64,000 nt of DNA from Octopus vulgaris (taxonomy: Eukaryota), in assembly GCA_951406725.2 (NCBI GenBank), contig OX597828.1:20212001-20276000 (forward strand). The letters run 5' to 3'. Below are positions 26,764 to 40,510 of this stretch, piece by piece. A program made the translations under genes and the position numbers. How positions within the stretch are numbered: the first letter of the stretch is position 1; each line of letters opens with the position of its first letter. The notes below the pieces were generated by a model that was not told the DNA's origin, did no database searches, and saw nothing but the letters and a program-made list of their open reading frames with translations.

Positions 26764-27559
26764 GTAAGCCATTAATGCATTTTCTTTTATATGCCTAAAT
26801 AACCGATCTGCTACACTGATGACACCTTCTTAGGAAGAAACATGTACCCTCTGCCGCACTCTTGTCTCCAGACCATCAGACTATCTTTTGCTACAAGGGC
26901 ATGTCAGATTTCGAGAAATTTTGAGTGTTGAGATTATTTCCATTTCTTTTGAGTAGTTAGTCCCCGTTAGCCCCAGGCGGGTGCTTTACTTCCTCGGAAA
27001 GCTGAGATAATTCTAGCAAATGAGGAATTCATCTTTTATGATATCTAATAAATTTTTATACGCCCTTGATGTACTAATACATGACATTTAACACTCTGAA
27101 TTGTTTCTTGTAGCTAATCTTCATTTAAATTATACATACCCTCACACGCATGCACATACATACACATACACGCACGCACACGCATACATACAGACTATAG
27201 CCCGAGGCTTTAGTACAAGATACTTATGGTAGGTGCCACGCAGTGGGACTGAACTCGGAACCATGTGGTTGGTAAGCAAGCTACTTACGACACAGCCACT
27301 CCTGCGCCTATAATTTTGATTTTAATATATTCTAAAATTTTTTATATATTTTGAATTTTAGTAGTCTTTGTTTTTGATATACAAATACACTGTAAATAGA
27401 ATTCAACAGAAAATTCAATTATTATGTGTCTTTGAAATTAAAACATTTCTATAGTTTCATTTGGTTAATGCAAACATGCATGAAAGCTGCAAGGGGATAC
27501 ATGCATGCATGCATACATACGACATACATTCATTGATGCATACATACATAATTCATACA

Positions 27560-27810
27560 CACTGCCCAGTGAAATATCAGAGAAAAAGAGAACACCTACG
27601 CTGAACTATTTTGAAATTTGCAGTTTCTCTGTCCAGCTTACAAATTCAGCTTTATACCTGTAATTATTTGGACACACTGCCTAAATATCAATCTTGTGAA
27701 ATTAGGGTTCCCAAAATCAGAAAGGAGAAAGCTGATTCGAAGGCTACAGTTTCAAGCCATCTCTGGAACTACAAGTCTGCAAAACTTTACAGAAGTTTGT
27801 CATTTAAATA
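27560..27810 (+). mobile_element. RLE-type non-LTR retrotransposon 3' coding fragment
   Basis: EKENTYAELF*NLQFLCPAYKFSFIPVII..CLNINLVKLGFPKSERRKLIRRLQFQAISGT resembles the C-terminus of R4/NeSL-type elements. Confidence 0.6.
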
Positions 27811-27903
27811 TATATGAGTATGTCTAGATATGTAAAGATATGCATGAGAATACACACGTAAAACAAGACATAGAAATCTACACATATGCATACACTCCCA
27901 CAC

Positions 27904-27948
<45 letters not shown>

Positions 27949-27951
<3 letters not shown>

Positions 27952-28114
27952 CGTTGGAGTGGTTGTGTGGTAATTAGCTTGCTTACCAACCACATGGTTC
28001 CAGGTTCAGTCCCACTGCGTGGAACCTAGGCAAGTGTCTTCTACTATGCCTCGGGCAGACCAAAACTTTGTGAGTGGATTTGGTAGACGGAAGTTGAAAG
28101 AAGCCCGTCTTATA

Positions 28115-28150
<36 letters not shown>

Positions 28151-28399
28151 CGTATATATATATGTACGTGTGTGTATATGTTTGTGCGTCTATGTTTGCC
28201 CCCCCCAACATTGCTTGACAACCGATGGTGGTTTGTTTACGTCTTTGTAACCTAGCGGTTCGGCAAAAGAGACCGATAGAATAAGTACTAGGCTTACAAA
28301 GAATAAGTCCTGGGGTTGATTTGCTCGACTAAAGGCAGTGCTCTAGCATGGCCACATTCAAATGACTGAAACAAGTAAAAGAGTAAAAGAGTAAAGAGT
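27949..28399 (+). mobile_element. SINE family A, full length
   Basis: Complete head, body and gagtaaaa-type tail. Confidence 0.9.
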
Positions 28400-28599
28400 A
28401 TTCCAATTAGATGTTATGGATTTGTATACTTCTTTTCACATCCATAAGAGCGCGAAACGTTCTGTAAAAATGTTTTGCGTAGGAACCGGGAAGAGAATTA
28501 CGAACACGCAATGTGCATCTGCACACTGTATTCGTAAAACGGAAGAGAAGAAAAAGAACGCAATGCGCAAGTCAAAATAAAATGGAAGAGAAGAATAAT

Positions 28600-28850
28600 G
28601 ACAAGTTATATTGATGGTCTGCATGCCATGTCTGACACCACTATCAAGCAGTTTTGATGCAATTTTCTTGTTTGTTGATATCTCTGTTACTTCAAAAATT
28701 GAAATCCATCTTAAAAGGTTTTCAGACGATAGAAAAAATGTTCGAGAAATGCGAAGAATCTTTGGAATTAGTATCAACAAGTGGGGAAATATGGAGGAAA
28801 CTGGAATATCACCTGTGGAAGGAGGAAATTACAGCAATATTTCCAAAGAT
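28600..28850 (+). mobile_element. Highly decayed mariner C-terminal remnant
   Basis: LLLQKLKSILKGFQTIEKM resembles mariner FPKLK..LKGRRF.TIEEI. Confidence 0.35.
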
Positions 28851-29189
28851 GGAAGGAAAGCAAGAAATTAGCATTATAGAATGTTTCTATTTTAGCAGCC
28901 ATCTTAATGCGTATGAATATGTTTGTGCGTGTTTGTTCAAGTATGTGTGTGTGTGTGTGTGGGGGGGGGCTGTTTGTATTCAACAAGAACACATCATTTA
29001 AAGTTGTTGAAAGAAAAGTTATTAATAACGTATTTGTATGCATGTATGTGTGTATATATATATATATGTTTATATATATATGTGTGTGTGTGTCTATAAA
29101 TATATAAATATGTATTTACATATATATATATGTATACATATATATATGCATGTATACATACACACACATATATATACATATATATCCAT

Positions 29190-29261
<72 letters not shown>

Positions 29262-29331
29262 GCATATGCATATACATATATATATATATACAAAAATATA
29301 TACATACATACATATGTATGTATATATATAT

Positions 29332-29388
<57 letters not shown>

Positions 29389-30033
29389 TATACATATATA
29401 CATATATATACATCACGAATCATGTTATATTCCTGTTAATGAAGATTAAGTGACGGATATGCAGAACAAACTCCATCAAGTGGAGATGTAAACCATTAAG
29501 AAACACATGATAATGTTTTTCTTTATATGTAACAAGGCAATAGAGTTGCAAAAAATAGATGTAAATACCAACAAAATATGAAGCTAATATCATTTATAAA
29601 ATGGTACGTAAACCAGACGATTTATAATAATGAAGAACTGTGTGTGTGCGTGTGATTATGTGCGTGTGTGTGTTTATGAGTATTCATGTGTGTCAATACA
29701 CATATGTATGTGAGTCTGCGTATGTGTGTGTGGCTGTATGGCTGCATGTGCGTGTGTGTGAAGAGCAGAGAGAGAGGCAGAGAGGGAGAGACTGGCGTTG
29801 ATGAGTGTCTGTGGCTGGAGGTGTTATTGGAGGTAATTTGTGAGAATCATAAATCGTCTGGTGTAAGTTTTTGTTATGTATAATGAAACTGAAAGTAGTC
29901 ATCGGCCTTCAGTTTTGTAGGGCAAATTTAACACGTACTCTACGTTATAGCAGTGCGTAGCTCTGCCTTTTTCCCTACAACAGTCTCTGTAAGCCTGTAT
30001 GCAAGTGTGCTAATTAATGCGCGCGCGAGAGTG

Positions 30034-30068
<35 letters not shown>

Positions 30069-30070
<2 letters not shown>

Positions 30071-30432
30071 ATGTGCGGTAAAAAGCTTCCTTACCAACTA
30101 CATGGTTCCGGGTTCAGTCTCACTGCGGGGCACCTTGGGGAAGTGTCTTCCAATATAGCCTTGTGAGTAGATTTCGTAGACAGAAACTGAAAGAAGCCCG
30201 TCGTATATATATAGTGGTGTGTGTGCGTATTTGTGGTTGTCTCCTGTCATTGCTTGGCAACCAATGCGGGTATGTTTATGTCCCCGTTACTTAGCGGTTC
30301 GGCATATTAGACCTATAGATTAAGTGGTAGGCTTACAAAGAATAAGTCCTGGGGTCGATTTCTTGACTAAAGGCTGTGTTCCATCATGACTGCAGTCAAA
30401 TGACTGTAACTATGAAATTAATAAAAGAATAA
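30069..30432 (+). mobile_element. SINE family A
   Basis: catggttccgggttcagtc...ggaagtgtcttc...cagtcaaatgactg. Confidence 0.85.
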
Positions 30433-30440
30433 ATGAATAT

Positions 30441-30481
<41 letters not shown>

Positions 30482-30762
30482 CATACATATATGTATATGT
30501 ATGTATGTATATGTGTGTCTTTATATATATAGATATGAGTGTGTGTGTAGTGAGAATTTACAAAACAAGAAAAGACAAAGACGGGCGTGTAAACAACAAA
30601 CAGATGCATTTGTTTAACGCTCGGGATGTGAGAAAGTCTTTTACGTTTCGAGCCTACGTTCTTCGACAGAAAGGAACGCAAAAATAAACAAGGAGAGAAA
30701 ATAAAAAATGGTTTAGTGGCTACCGATCTATCATGGGGAATGCCGGACAATATATCTATATA

Positions 30763-30815
<53 letters not shown>

Positions 30816-30817
<2 letters not shown>

Positions 30818-31000
30818 ACTCTTTTACTTGTTTCAGTCATTTGACTGCGGCCATGCTGGAGCACCGCCTTTAGTCGAGCAACTCGATACTATATTATTTG
30901 TATAGCCCAGTACATATTATATCGGCATATGCCGAACCATAGTATACATATATATAAACATACCATATCGGAATATATCATACAATATATAGGAACAAAT
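30816..31000 (-). mobile_element. SINE family A 3' end fading into TA-rich sequence
   Basis: First ~65 nt nearly identical to the 15084 region, then increasingly TA-substituted. Confidence 0.8.
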
Positions 31001-31343
31001 ATATATATATATACATATATATACATATATATACATATAAATATGTAGTGCTTTTACTTATATTATATTTATATTTTTTAATACATTTTGGTTAGGTATA
31101 AAAAAAAATTTTAAATTTAAATTTTAAATCTTATATTTTATATATATATTATATATTATATTAATTATATTTATATTTTTTGTTATTTATATATTGGTTT
31201 ATGTCTATCACTGTTTGAGTTGCCTCATAGTGGTTTTATCTCTAATTTAATTTATATTTATACTGTGAAAAAATTTGATTTAATCCTAAATCTAATTTTC
31301 CCCTGTAAGTTTGGATACACTCCCTAATATAATTATTATATAC

Positions 31344-31398
<55 letters not shown>

Positions 31399-32129
31399 TA
31401 TATATGCACATATATATACATATATCTATAAATATACATATGTATATATACATATATATATATAAATACATAATACGAATAAAAAGGGTTCGGCAAAAGA
31501 ATTGCCTCGCCGCATACCGAAGTTCAGAAATAGCAGCCAAAATCTTAGCTATTTCTTCTACTTTAAAAAGGGGTCTTCCAGAGAACTCAAAATACTTGAA
31601 GTTTAAACACACAGGCAGAGGGTAAAGCAAACGAAAATCAATCGATATCTGATCATCCATAGACGCGCGTTACTGAATTAGGTTTCACATAAAGAATATA
31701 AAAAAATATATACTTTACCAACCGTATTCTTCATCAGTATGGATACTCTGTTACACTCTGGAGGTACTAGAACATCTGAACGAATTATTTCATATAACGG
31801 TGGAGGCCGTTTGCATTCGATGTTAGTACCGCTAGATTCAAAACACGAATGAAAGCCGTTCAGCCTCCCCCGCCCTTCCACGTACGTTTCCAAGTAAAAT
31901 GCTCCATATTCTCAGGGAGAAAGTTCTATTATCAATATTTGCCGAACCCTTTTTATTAGTATTACTAAAATTTACCGTGTTAGCGGTCCTGTTTTCATAC
32001 CGAATCCTACTTGGTGAAATTTATTGATTACTTCTTAATTAATTAATTTTGCCCTTCGTTATTATTGATAATAGAACTTTCTCCCTGAGAATATGTAGCA
32101 TTTTACTTGCTAACGTTTCTGCCAGCTCC

Positions 32130-32166
<37 letters not shown>

Positions 32167-32168
<2 letters not shown>

Positions 32169-33060
32169 AGCAGTAAAGCCCGGCGTTGCTCGGGTTTGTT
32201 TTTTAGTTGCGCTTAAAACGGCAGACTTTGATGTCGCGTTAACAAAGTTTTGACATTGTTTCAATCTATGAATAAAAGTATAGTGTGATGATGCTCGTGT
32301 TTGCTCTGAATGATGCTCGTTTTTGCTCTGAATTTGCTGCAAATGTGTAATGCCGATTTCAATTGTTGGTGTTGTTGTTCAATATTCATTCTATTAACAT
32401 TACAGAGAAAAACATTCCTGTAGATTTAAAGCAAAATGAAGCTGAAGTTTCGACTAGCACTGAAAAGCTATTAAAAAGTTAACACTGCAACAGTATTCAT
32501 TAAGAAAAAGTACAAGAACATCCAAAATGTTAGTAAGAACAGGTTCTGGTTACAAAAAAAAAATGTTATTTTTAAGCCAAACGGGTGGGCAACATGAATC
32601 GTGGTTGTACCTGTAAAATGAATAAAATCGACTATTTTACATAACGTATAACTAAAATATCTTGAAAATCAAAACATACCCATTGAAGGATTGTCTTGAA
32701 CATCGTAGATACAAACAACATGCAGATCGCACAAATTCTTTTCGACCCTTTAGTATTAGATTTTTTGAAAAGTAAAAATTTTGCATTATGTAGCTTCTTA
32801 TTCTCTTTAAGTGAACCTTTTTCTGGTTGAAATACACTGAAAAATGGCGACACAGCCATTTTTACAAAAAATTGTAAAAAATAGGGATTTTCATAGAAAA
32901 AAGCACCTTTTTTATGTAAATAATTTTTGGTATGTAGAGCAATGCTTCTTCTATCATACTCTCAATTTTGGTCAACTTGCGCCGCAGGGTCTCGGAGGAG
33001 ATAGTGTTAGTTGACTGCTACCAAACTTGCCACACACACACAACTTCAACTTTATATATA
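32167..33060 (-). mobile_element. Non-autonomous Helitron
   Basis: Minus 3' end aaacccgagcaacgccgggc hairpin + CTGG (CTRR), same hairpin as 38341-38360; 5' end tatatataaagttgaagttg(tg)n lies in a TA tract. Confidence 0.75.
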
Positions 33061-33595
33061 TATATATACTTTATAAAAATGCAGCAAAAATATTACAAAA
33101 ACTGTTGCTCTTGTATATTATAACATCAGTAGAGTAAAATAAAATTCTGTACGGAAATGCATTAATGTTCTCCTCAAGGATATTACATCAACAACTAAAC
33201 AAACATTTTTTTGCGAAGCATGCAGATAACCAAATCGTTCAAACAATATAAACAGTATTATTGGAAATACAACCACAACAGCGAATACTACACCGAATGC
33301 TCAAAGTTATGGGTTGTACAGAAACTGAAGTTATGGCACATGTAATTCAAATAAATTTGCGATATTAGAGTGGCGTCTACTGTTTGACCTGCTTGGAGTA
33401 GTAGTTAAATTTTGAGTTTAACTCGTTGTCTAGAGAGTTAAAAAAAATCACATCTTTGACTACACCAGATAATGTAGTTCCGCATATATATTGCTCGAGA
33501 AAAATAGATGTGTCACTTAGATACACATACATACGTACATACATACATACATACATAAATACATACACACATACATGCATATGTATATCTATCAG

Positions 33596-33642
<47 letters not shown>

Positions 33643-33986
33643 GTCTGTCTATCTATCTATCTATGTCCGTTTGTATGTATGTGTGTATAATTATGTGTGT
33701 ATATGAGTGTGTATGTATGTGTGTATGCGTGGCGGAGAAGCACCTAACCAAAAATATGCGTTTACATATACGTATAAAGGTATATTTTCTCTAAGTGTAG
33801 CGTCTGTATCTCAAACACACATACACACACACACACATATATATGTGTATATGTACATATGTATATATAATTGTATAAGCATATATATTATATAAACATA
33901 TATATATATACATGCATATAAACATACATGCATACATACACACATACACACACACACACACATATATATATAAATATATATATATA

Positions 33987-34028
<42 letters not shown>

Positions 34029-34142
34029 TACATATACATGCATACATACATATTATATATATACATATATATACATACATATATATATATATATATATAC
34101 ATATATACATATACATGCATACATATATATATATACATATAT

Positions 34143-34181
<39 letters not shown>

Positions 34182-34661
34182 CAAGCATACATACATACAT
34201 ACATACTTATACATATACATACATACATACATACTTATACATATACATACATACATATATATATATATATGTATGTATGCATATACATATACATATATCT
34301 ATATACATATACAGTGGCACGCATACTCATGCCTATGCATGCTTGCCCATTTAATTGGATTGAGAAAACGGGGGATATATTCATGTCACAAAAGATTTGG
34401 AAGATTATGCATCGATCACGTCTTTTAATAAATTTCATGGCATCAGTTAAGTTGCTGTGACGTGAGGAGTAGTATGAGGGCTGACGTCCTAGAGTATTGT
34501 ATTGCTCTCAGCTAATTAATATAATTTCCTTTCGCATCCCTCCCTCCCCTATCTCTCTCTCTCTCCCATTTTTTTCTCTGACTTTTCTCTGTTATACATA
34601 TAACGTATTTGCTCTTTCTCTCGCCACCTCTCTCTCTCTCTCTCTCTCTCTGTATATATAT

Positions 34662-34700
<39 letters not shown>

Positions 34701-35239
34701 TTTCCACCCACATTCATCGGTACGGGCTTACGAAGATACTGTTACGCACGCACATACGCGCACATGCAGATACATACATGCATACATACATACATACATA
34801 CATACATACATACATACGTACATACATACATACATACATACATTTGTCTGTTATTCATCTGATACGTTACATAACTGACTTAAGGTTCGAGACTGATGTG
34901 AATTGCACTTAAAAACCTATACACAAATGCATACATACACTCTTATATACATTGATCTACAGATTGACTAAACACACACACACACACACATATGTATATA
35001 AATATATACACGCGCATACTCGTATTCAAACATGCACACGCACTGCGAGGATGATCCGATTACAATGACCCGTCCGTGTTTTTTTTGTATTGTCTATCTG
35101 GATGTTTTGTTGTCCCCTTTTGTATCACCTAGTCGTCCGGATGTTTTGCGTTCATGTCCCGTTTTGTATTTTAATTTATATATATAGTGCTAGTGCATGC
35201 ATATACAGCTGCGTGCGTGTGCACATACACGAGAGTACT

Positions 35240-35518
35240 GTCCAAATCTCCGACCAATCACATACAGGTAGCTGGCATTCAATTGGTGTGTCAAGTTTCA
35301 GGCATTTTGATTGGGTTTTGGATAGAAAATTCACAAAAAAGTCACTTCTATTGATTTTTTAATGGCTTTGTGGGGTGACTGGGGAAATGTAACGATGTGC
35401 ACGACCACCCTTGGACGGTTTTAAATGGTCATAGAAAGTGCGAGCCCTCTAACTGAAAAATTGTGGATTTGTATAAAGGATACACATACAGACATTTTGC
35501 CGTTTATATATATAGAGA
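35240..35518 (-). mobile_element. Helitron 5' fragment
   Basis: Minus 5' a|TCtctatatatataaacggcaaaatgtctgt matches the 5' end at 37992. Confidence 0.7.
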
Positions 35519-35534
35519 TAAGCGCGCGCGTGTG

Positions 35535-35876
35535 TGCGCGCAGGAATAGCAGTGTGGTAAGAAGCTTGCTTCCCAACCAGATGGTTCCGGGTTCAGTTCC
35601 ACTGCGTGGTACCTTCGGCAAGTGTATTCTACTATAGCCTCGGGTCAACCAAAGCCTTGTGAGTGGATATAGCAGACGGAAACCGAAAGGAGCACGTCGT
35701 GTGTGTATATATATATATTTGTGTGTAACTTAGCGGTTCCGCAAAAGCAACCGATAGAATAAGTACTATACTGACGAAGAATAAGTCCCGAATCGATTTA
35801 TTCGACGAAAGGCGGTGTCCCAGTATAGCCGCAGTCAAATAACTGAAACATGTAAAAGAATAAAAGAATGAAAGAA
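35535..35876 (+). mobile_element. SINE family A with internal deletion
   Basis: gcgcaggaatagcagtgtggtaag...ggttccgggttcagttcc...gcagtcaaataactgaaac. Confidence 0.85.
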
Positions 35877-35927
35877 TATTATATGGCCACAGCCATATAT
35901 AATATATAATAAAAGAATAAAAGAATA

Positions 35928-36830
35928 CCAGCAGAAAGACCGCCTTCCGGGCTGTTTTCTGCTAGCCCCTTGATAATATTTTCACATTTGATTCCCGATT
36001 CTAATAATTTATATATTTTACGTCTAAGTATTTCTTTGTATATTAGTTCTCGCTTGCTTAGTAAGTATTGCTTTCATTTTTTATTTCAGTCATAATCTCT
36101 CATTTTTAAACAAACATCACGGTAGTCCAACAGCAGAGGGAGAAACAGCTTTTCAAGTTTTACCTTCCCCTCAAAGCAACATAGAGATTTCAGTTCAGCA
36201 TCCGTTCTCTAAGCTTTGCAATGTGTGTGTAAGAGAGAGAGGGGGGGGAGTGGGAGAGAGAACATTGCAAACAATGAATGAAATAAACATGAAATGAAAA
36301 TATCTTATTAATAAAAGGGCTTTACTACAGATGTATACGCCCCCGACTTTGTTGCCACGTTGCATCCAGAAAAATGGATACTTGTTAACGAAATTTTCTA
36401 CAAATACCGCTTAGATGTTGTGGCTCGAGAGTATATGGAGATTTATGAGAAAGAATTTTTTCCGATGGGGTGGAGAGAGGAATTTTGGAAAATTCACACA
36501 ATCTGACTTTTTTCCCCTCATTACTTTCAGGATGATTGCTATCTTTTCATGAAAATTTAAACAAATCCCTTTCAAACAGCATAGATTACGGTTATAAAGA
36601 AATTAATGGGGAGAAATTTTTCAGGGATTTTCCTCATTTGTTTTTAAACCACAACGTTCGAAATGATAGGGTGGGGCATCCGTGTATGAAAAAAGTTTTG
36701 GAAACTCTTCTTTTTACACACCCTCCCTCAGCATCCCACTCTGGACATATTTTGGTCAATTTTTGTTTTGCACTTCAAAACCATGGGAAAAGCATTTTCT
36801 GTAATTTAAAAAAAAAAAATTGCTAATATC
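35928..36830 (-). mobile_element. Probable Helitron-family non-autonomous element
   Basis: Terminal ccagcagaaagaccgccttccgggctgttttctgctag hairpin with a CTRR-type end; right boundary uncertain. Confidence 0.4.
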
Positions 36831-37279
36831 TTCAGAGGGAAAATTGAGTGATTTAAGGGCGATTTGGCTATTGTTTCTACCATATCCAAAGACAACACTC
36901 CTCGTTTATTTATCACCCTCGCATGTATAGATGTTCTTCAATATTTTCTCCCCATAAATGCATTTATTTGCTATGAAAAATAAAACATGAGAAATTGTGA
37001 ATTTTTTGCACCCCCACACCCTGCTCTCAATGTTTCTGTTTAGAAATTAAAATATTGAAGAGCCTGAGAAGGACATTGCTGGAATTTATCCAGAGTCATT
37101 TGAAAACATTATGGAGATATACTTGCATAGCAAGTGACTTGATCTGAGACCTTCTGCTGAAACAAAGACAATTACAGAATAGATGTTTGTAAACCATTCA
37201 AGAACACAGAAACCGTTAGTTTCACGGCAGTATTTAAATACAAAGCTCCCGATGCATCTACGTAACGATATAAAGGTGT

Positions 37280-37353
37280 GGGTTAGTTTTAGGGTTAATT
37301 TTTAGGGTTTAGGTTAGGGCTAGTTTTAGGGTTAGTTAAGGTTAGAGTTAGGG
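37280..37353 (+). repeat. Degenerate TTAGGG-like tract
   Basis: ttttagggttaatttttagggtttaggttagggctagttttagggttagttaaggttagagttaggg. Confidence 0.8.
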
Positions 37354-37516
37354 TGTCATTACACATCCACACATGTTTTGTACGCATTTAAGTAGTATCA
37401 GTTTCATTTCAACATTAAAATTTCAATTATGTCAAAATATCTTCCCTATGAAACCGAAACCACAGATAAAATTTCGCAAAAGTAATGCAGCACGAAGCTT
37501 TGTCAGTGAGCAGCAA

Positions 37517-37547
<31 letters not shown>

Positions 37548-37952
37548 CACACACACATACACACACACACACACATTCATTGCATTTCATTTGTGTGTAT
37601 GTGTATCTATGTTTGTCACCGTTGAAGTCTCCTGGTCAAATTGTTTGTGTATATATATTGGCTTAGTGGTACAGAGTGTTTCGAAACTGTGAATAAGGTG
37701 CAAGTTTCGAATACTTGTGGGTAACTTTTCCTCCTAGTTTTCAAATAGTAATTACCCAACTTTCTAGCTTCTTCTCACAGCTATCCCGCGTTCAAAAATC
37801 TCATTCAATGTTATGTTTATTGCATATATGTATATAAGTTTGTCTGTGTGTTTATATATATATATATATATATATAAACACAGACAAACTATATATATAT
37901 ATATATATATGTGTGTATGTGTGTGTGTATAGTGATATATATATGTATATAA

Positions 37953-37991
<39 letters not shown>

Positions 37992-37992
<1 letters not shown>

Positions 37993-38371
37993 CTCTATAT
38001 ATAAACGGCAGTTTGTCTGTGTGTGTGTCTGTGTGTCTGTCATGTTGTACCCTCACCCTGACCACGGCTGTCAACCGATTCTGATGAAACTTGACACACA
38101 CATAGCCCAATGTCATAATTCAAAACTAACGCAGCGAAAATTTTGAAAGGTTCCCCCAGTTCAGAAAAAGATCGATAAATTCGACATGGGGTCGAGAATC
38201 AGAAACACAAACCACAGACTGTCTAGGGTCGCAACTTGACCTTTTTAACTCTCAAAAAAATTTACCATCATTTTTTTCCCATTTTTTTGCTATTTTTTGG
38301 CTATAACTCTCTAAAAATGCTTTATAGTTATTTCCCTTACAAACCCGAGCAACGCCGGGCGATACTGCTAG
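37992..38371 (+). mobile_element. Complete 380-bp non-autonomous Helitron
   Basis: A|TC...cccgagcaacgccggg hairpin...CTAG|T, inserted between A and T without TSD in (TA)n. Confidence 0.9.
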
Positions 38372-38515
38372 TATATATATATATATATGTATGTATACAC
38401 GTATATATATGTACATATATATATATATATATATATATTTGCACACACATATATATGTATATATATATACACGCACACTCATATATGTATATATATACAC
38501 ATATATATATATATA

Positions 38516-38553
<38 letters not shown>

Positions 38554-38974
38554 TGTGTATGTGTGTGTGCGTGTGTGGTAATAAGGTATAAACATGCTCC
38601 ACAGGATACACATTAATTAGTCTTGGTTTTAATGAAGTCTATATATGTGTGTAAATGTGTGTAACCGTATTTGTATGTAGGTGCACACGCAAGTATTTTG
38701 GCACAATTAACGAAACACTTCTCTGCAACTAGTCTTCGATTTCCAGAATTGTGCAGTTTCCTCTACGATGACTAGAAAGTTTCGTCACGTGTCCTCTTAC
38801 CACTACCATCACAATAGTCACCACCGCTACCACCACTAATAAACATATACTTCCACCCACATGCATCGGCATGGGCTCTCCAAGACACTGCCACACACGC
38901 ACATACGCAACGCCACCACCGTTATAATCACCCCCACTTTAGTTACCACTGGAAGCACTATAATCGCCGCCACC

Positions 38975-39148
38975 ACCCCTACCACCACCACCACCACCAC
39001 CACTACCACCGCCAGTATTTTTACGACAGCAACCAACACCACAACAACCACCTTCATCACCGTCATCATCATCATCCCCGTCGTCGTCTTCGTCGTCATC
39101 GTCGCCGCCGTCGTCATCATCCTCTTCATCATCGTTATCATCATGATC

Positions 39149-39180
<32 letters not shown>

Positions 39181-40423
39181 CGTCATCATTGTCGTCGTCA
39201 TCATCATTATCATTATGATCATCATCATCATCACCATCATCATCATCGTCATCGTTATCATCGTTATCACCATGATGATCATCATCATCATCACCATCAT
39301 CATCGTCGTCGTCATGTTCATCATGATCATGATCACCACCATCATCATCATCGTCACCATCATAATCGTAATCATCATCATGATCGTCACCATCGTCATC
39401 ATCGTCATCATCGTCATCATCGTTATCATCGTCATCATCATCATCGTTATCATCATAATCATCGTCATCACCATCATGATCATCACCATCGTCATCATCG
39501 TCATCATCGTCATCATCGTCATCATCGTCATCATCGTCATCGTTATCATCACCACCGTCAACGACGTCGTCCTCCTCATCATCATAATCCCTATCATTTG
39601 GTGTGTGGAGGTTTTTCTTGATATAGTATTTGAATCTTTACAGTGTTATTGCAAGGTGGGTGGTATAGGCGGGGGCGGGTGGAGCAGAGCGGAGAGGGGA
39701 GGGAAGTAGGCGGGGGCTTGGTGGGGTTGTTGTTGCTTTGTTTACTCTGTGTTTAGTTGGAGAATAAACATGGAGGTTTTTTTTTTTTCAAGTTAATGTC
39801 TCTAAGAAATCTCAAAACTCAACCAACAACAACAACAGCAACAACAGTAACAGCCTAGAAAATAAACAGCAATACTATCAACAGTAACATGATCATCATC
39901 ATCATCATCATCAACATCATCATCATCACCGCCATTATCATCACCATCGTCATCATCTTCATCCTAGTCACCGATATCATCATCATCATCATCATCACCA
40001 TCGTTGTCATCATCATGATCATGATCATCATAGTCGTCATCATCGTCGTCATCATCATCATCATCATCACCATCGTCAATATCATCATCATCATCGTCGT
40101 CATCGTCCTCGTCATCATCATCGTCATCATCATCATTATCACCATCGTCATGGTCGTCATCATCATCGTCACCATCATCATTATCATCATCATCATTATC
40201 ATCATCATCATTATCATCGTCATCATCATCATCATCGTCATCATCATCGTCCTCATTATCATCATCATCACCATCATTAGCATCATCGTTATCACTATGA
40301 GTATCATCATCATGAAAAAATAACAGCTTACAAAATACAAAAATTGTAAATATCAAGAATAAAAAACAACGTCGTCAACATCACCATCACCATGACCACA
40401 ATCATCAACACGATCATAACCAT

Positions 40424-40466
<43 letters not shown>

Positions 40467-40510
40467 GGTAGCATCAACAACATCATCATCAACAACAACA
40501 ACAAGAACCT
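38975..40510. repeat. Two long (CAT/CGT/CAC)n trinucleotide fields
   Basis: 38975-39590 and 39890-40313, followed by CAG/CAA runs. Confidence 0.95.

Noticed and set aside
26816-26846. CTGATGA...GAAAC-AT-GTA hammerhead-like spacing
   Set aside because: Core is exact but stem I does not pair and stem II is poor; at best a dead relic
32500-32860. Possible helicase remnant or captured exon inside the Helitron
   Set aside because: Similarity to Pif1 motifs too weak to support by eye
37280-37353. Interstitial telomere or chromosome fusion scar
   Set aside because: Short, degenerate, one orientation; such tracts are common inside non-autonomous transposons
38836-40356. Long poly-Met/Ile/Asp ORFs (also 17525-18004 and 53956-54569)
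   Set aside because: Trinucleotide repeats open in several frames on both strands; no domain or splice support
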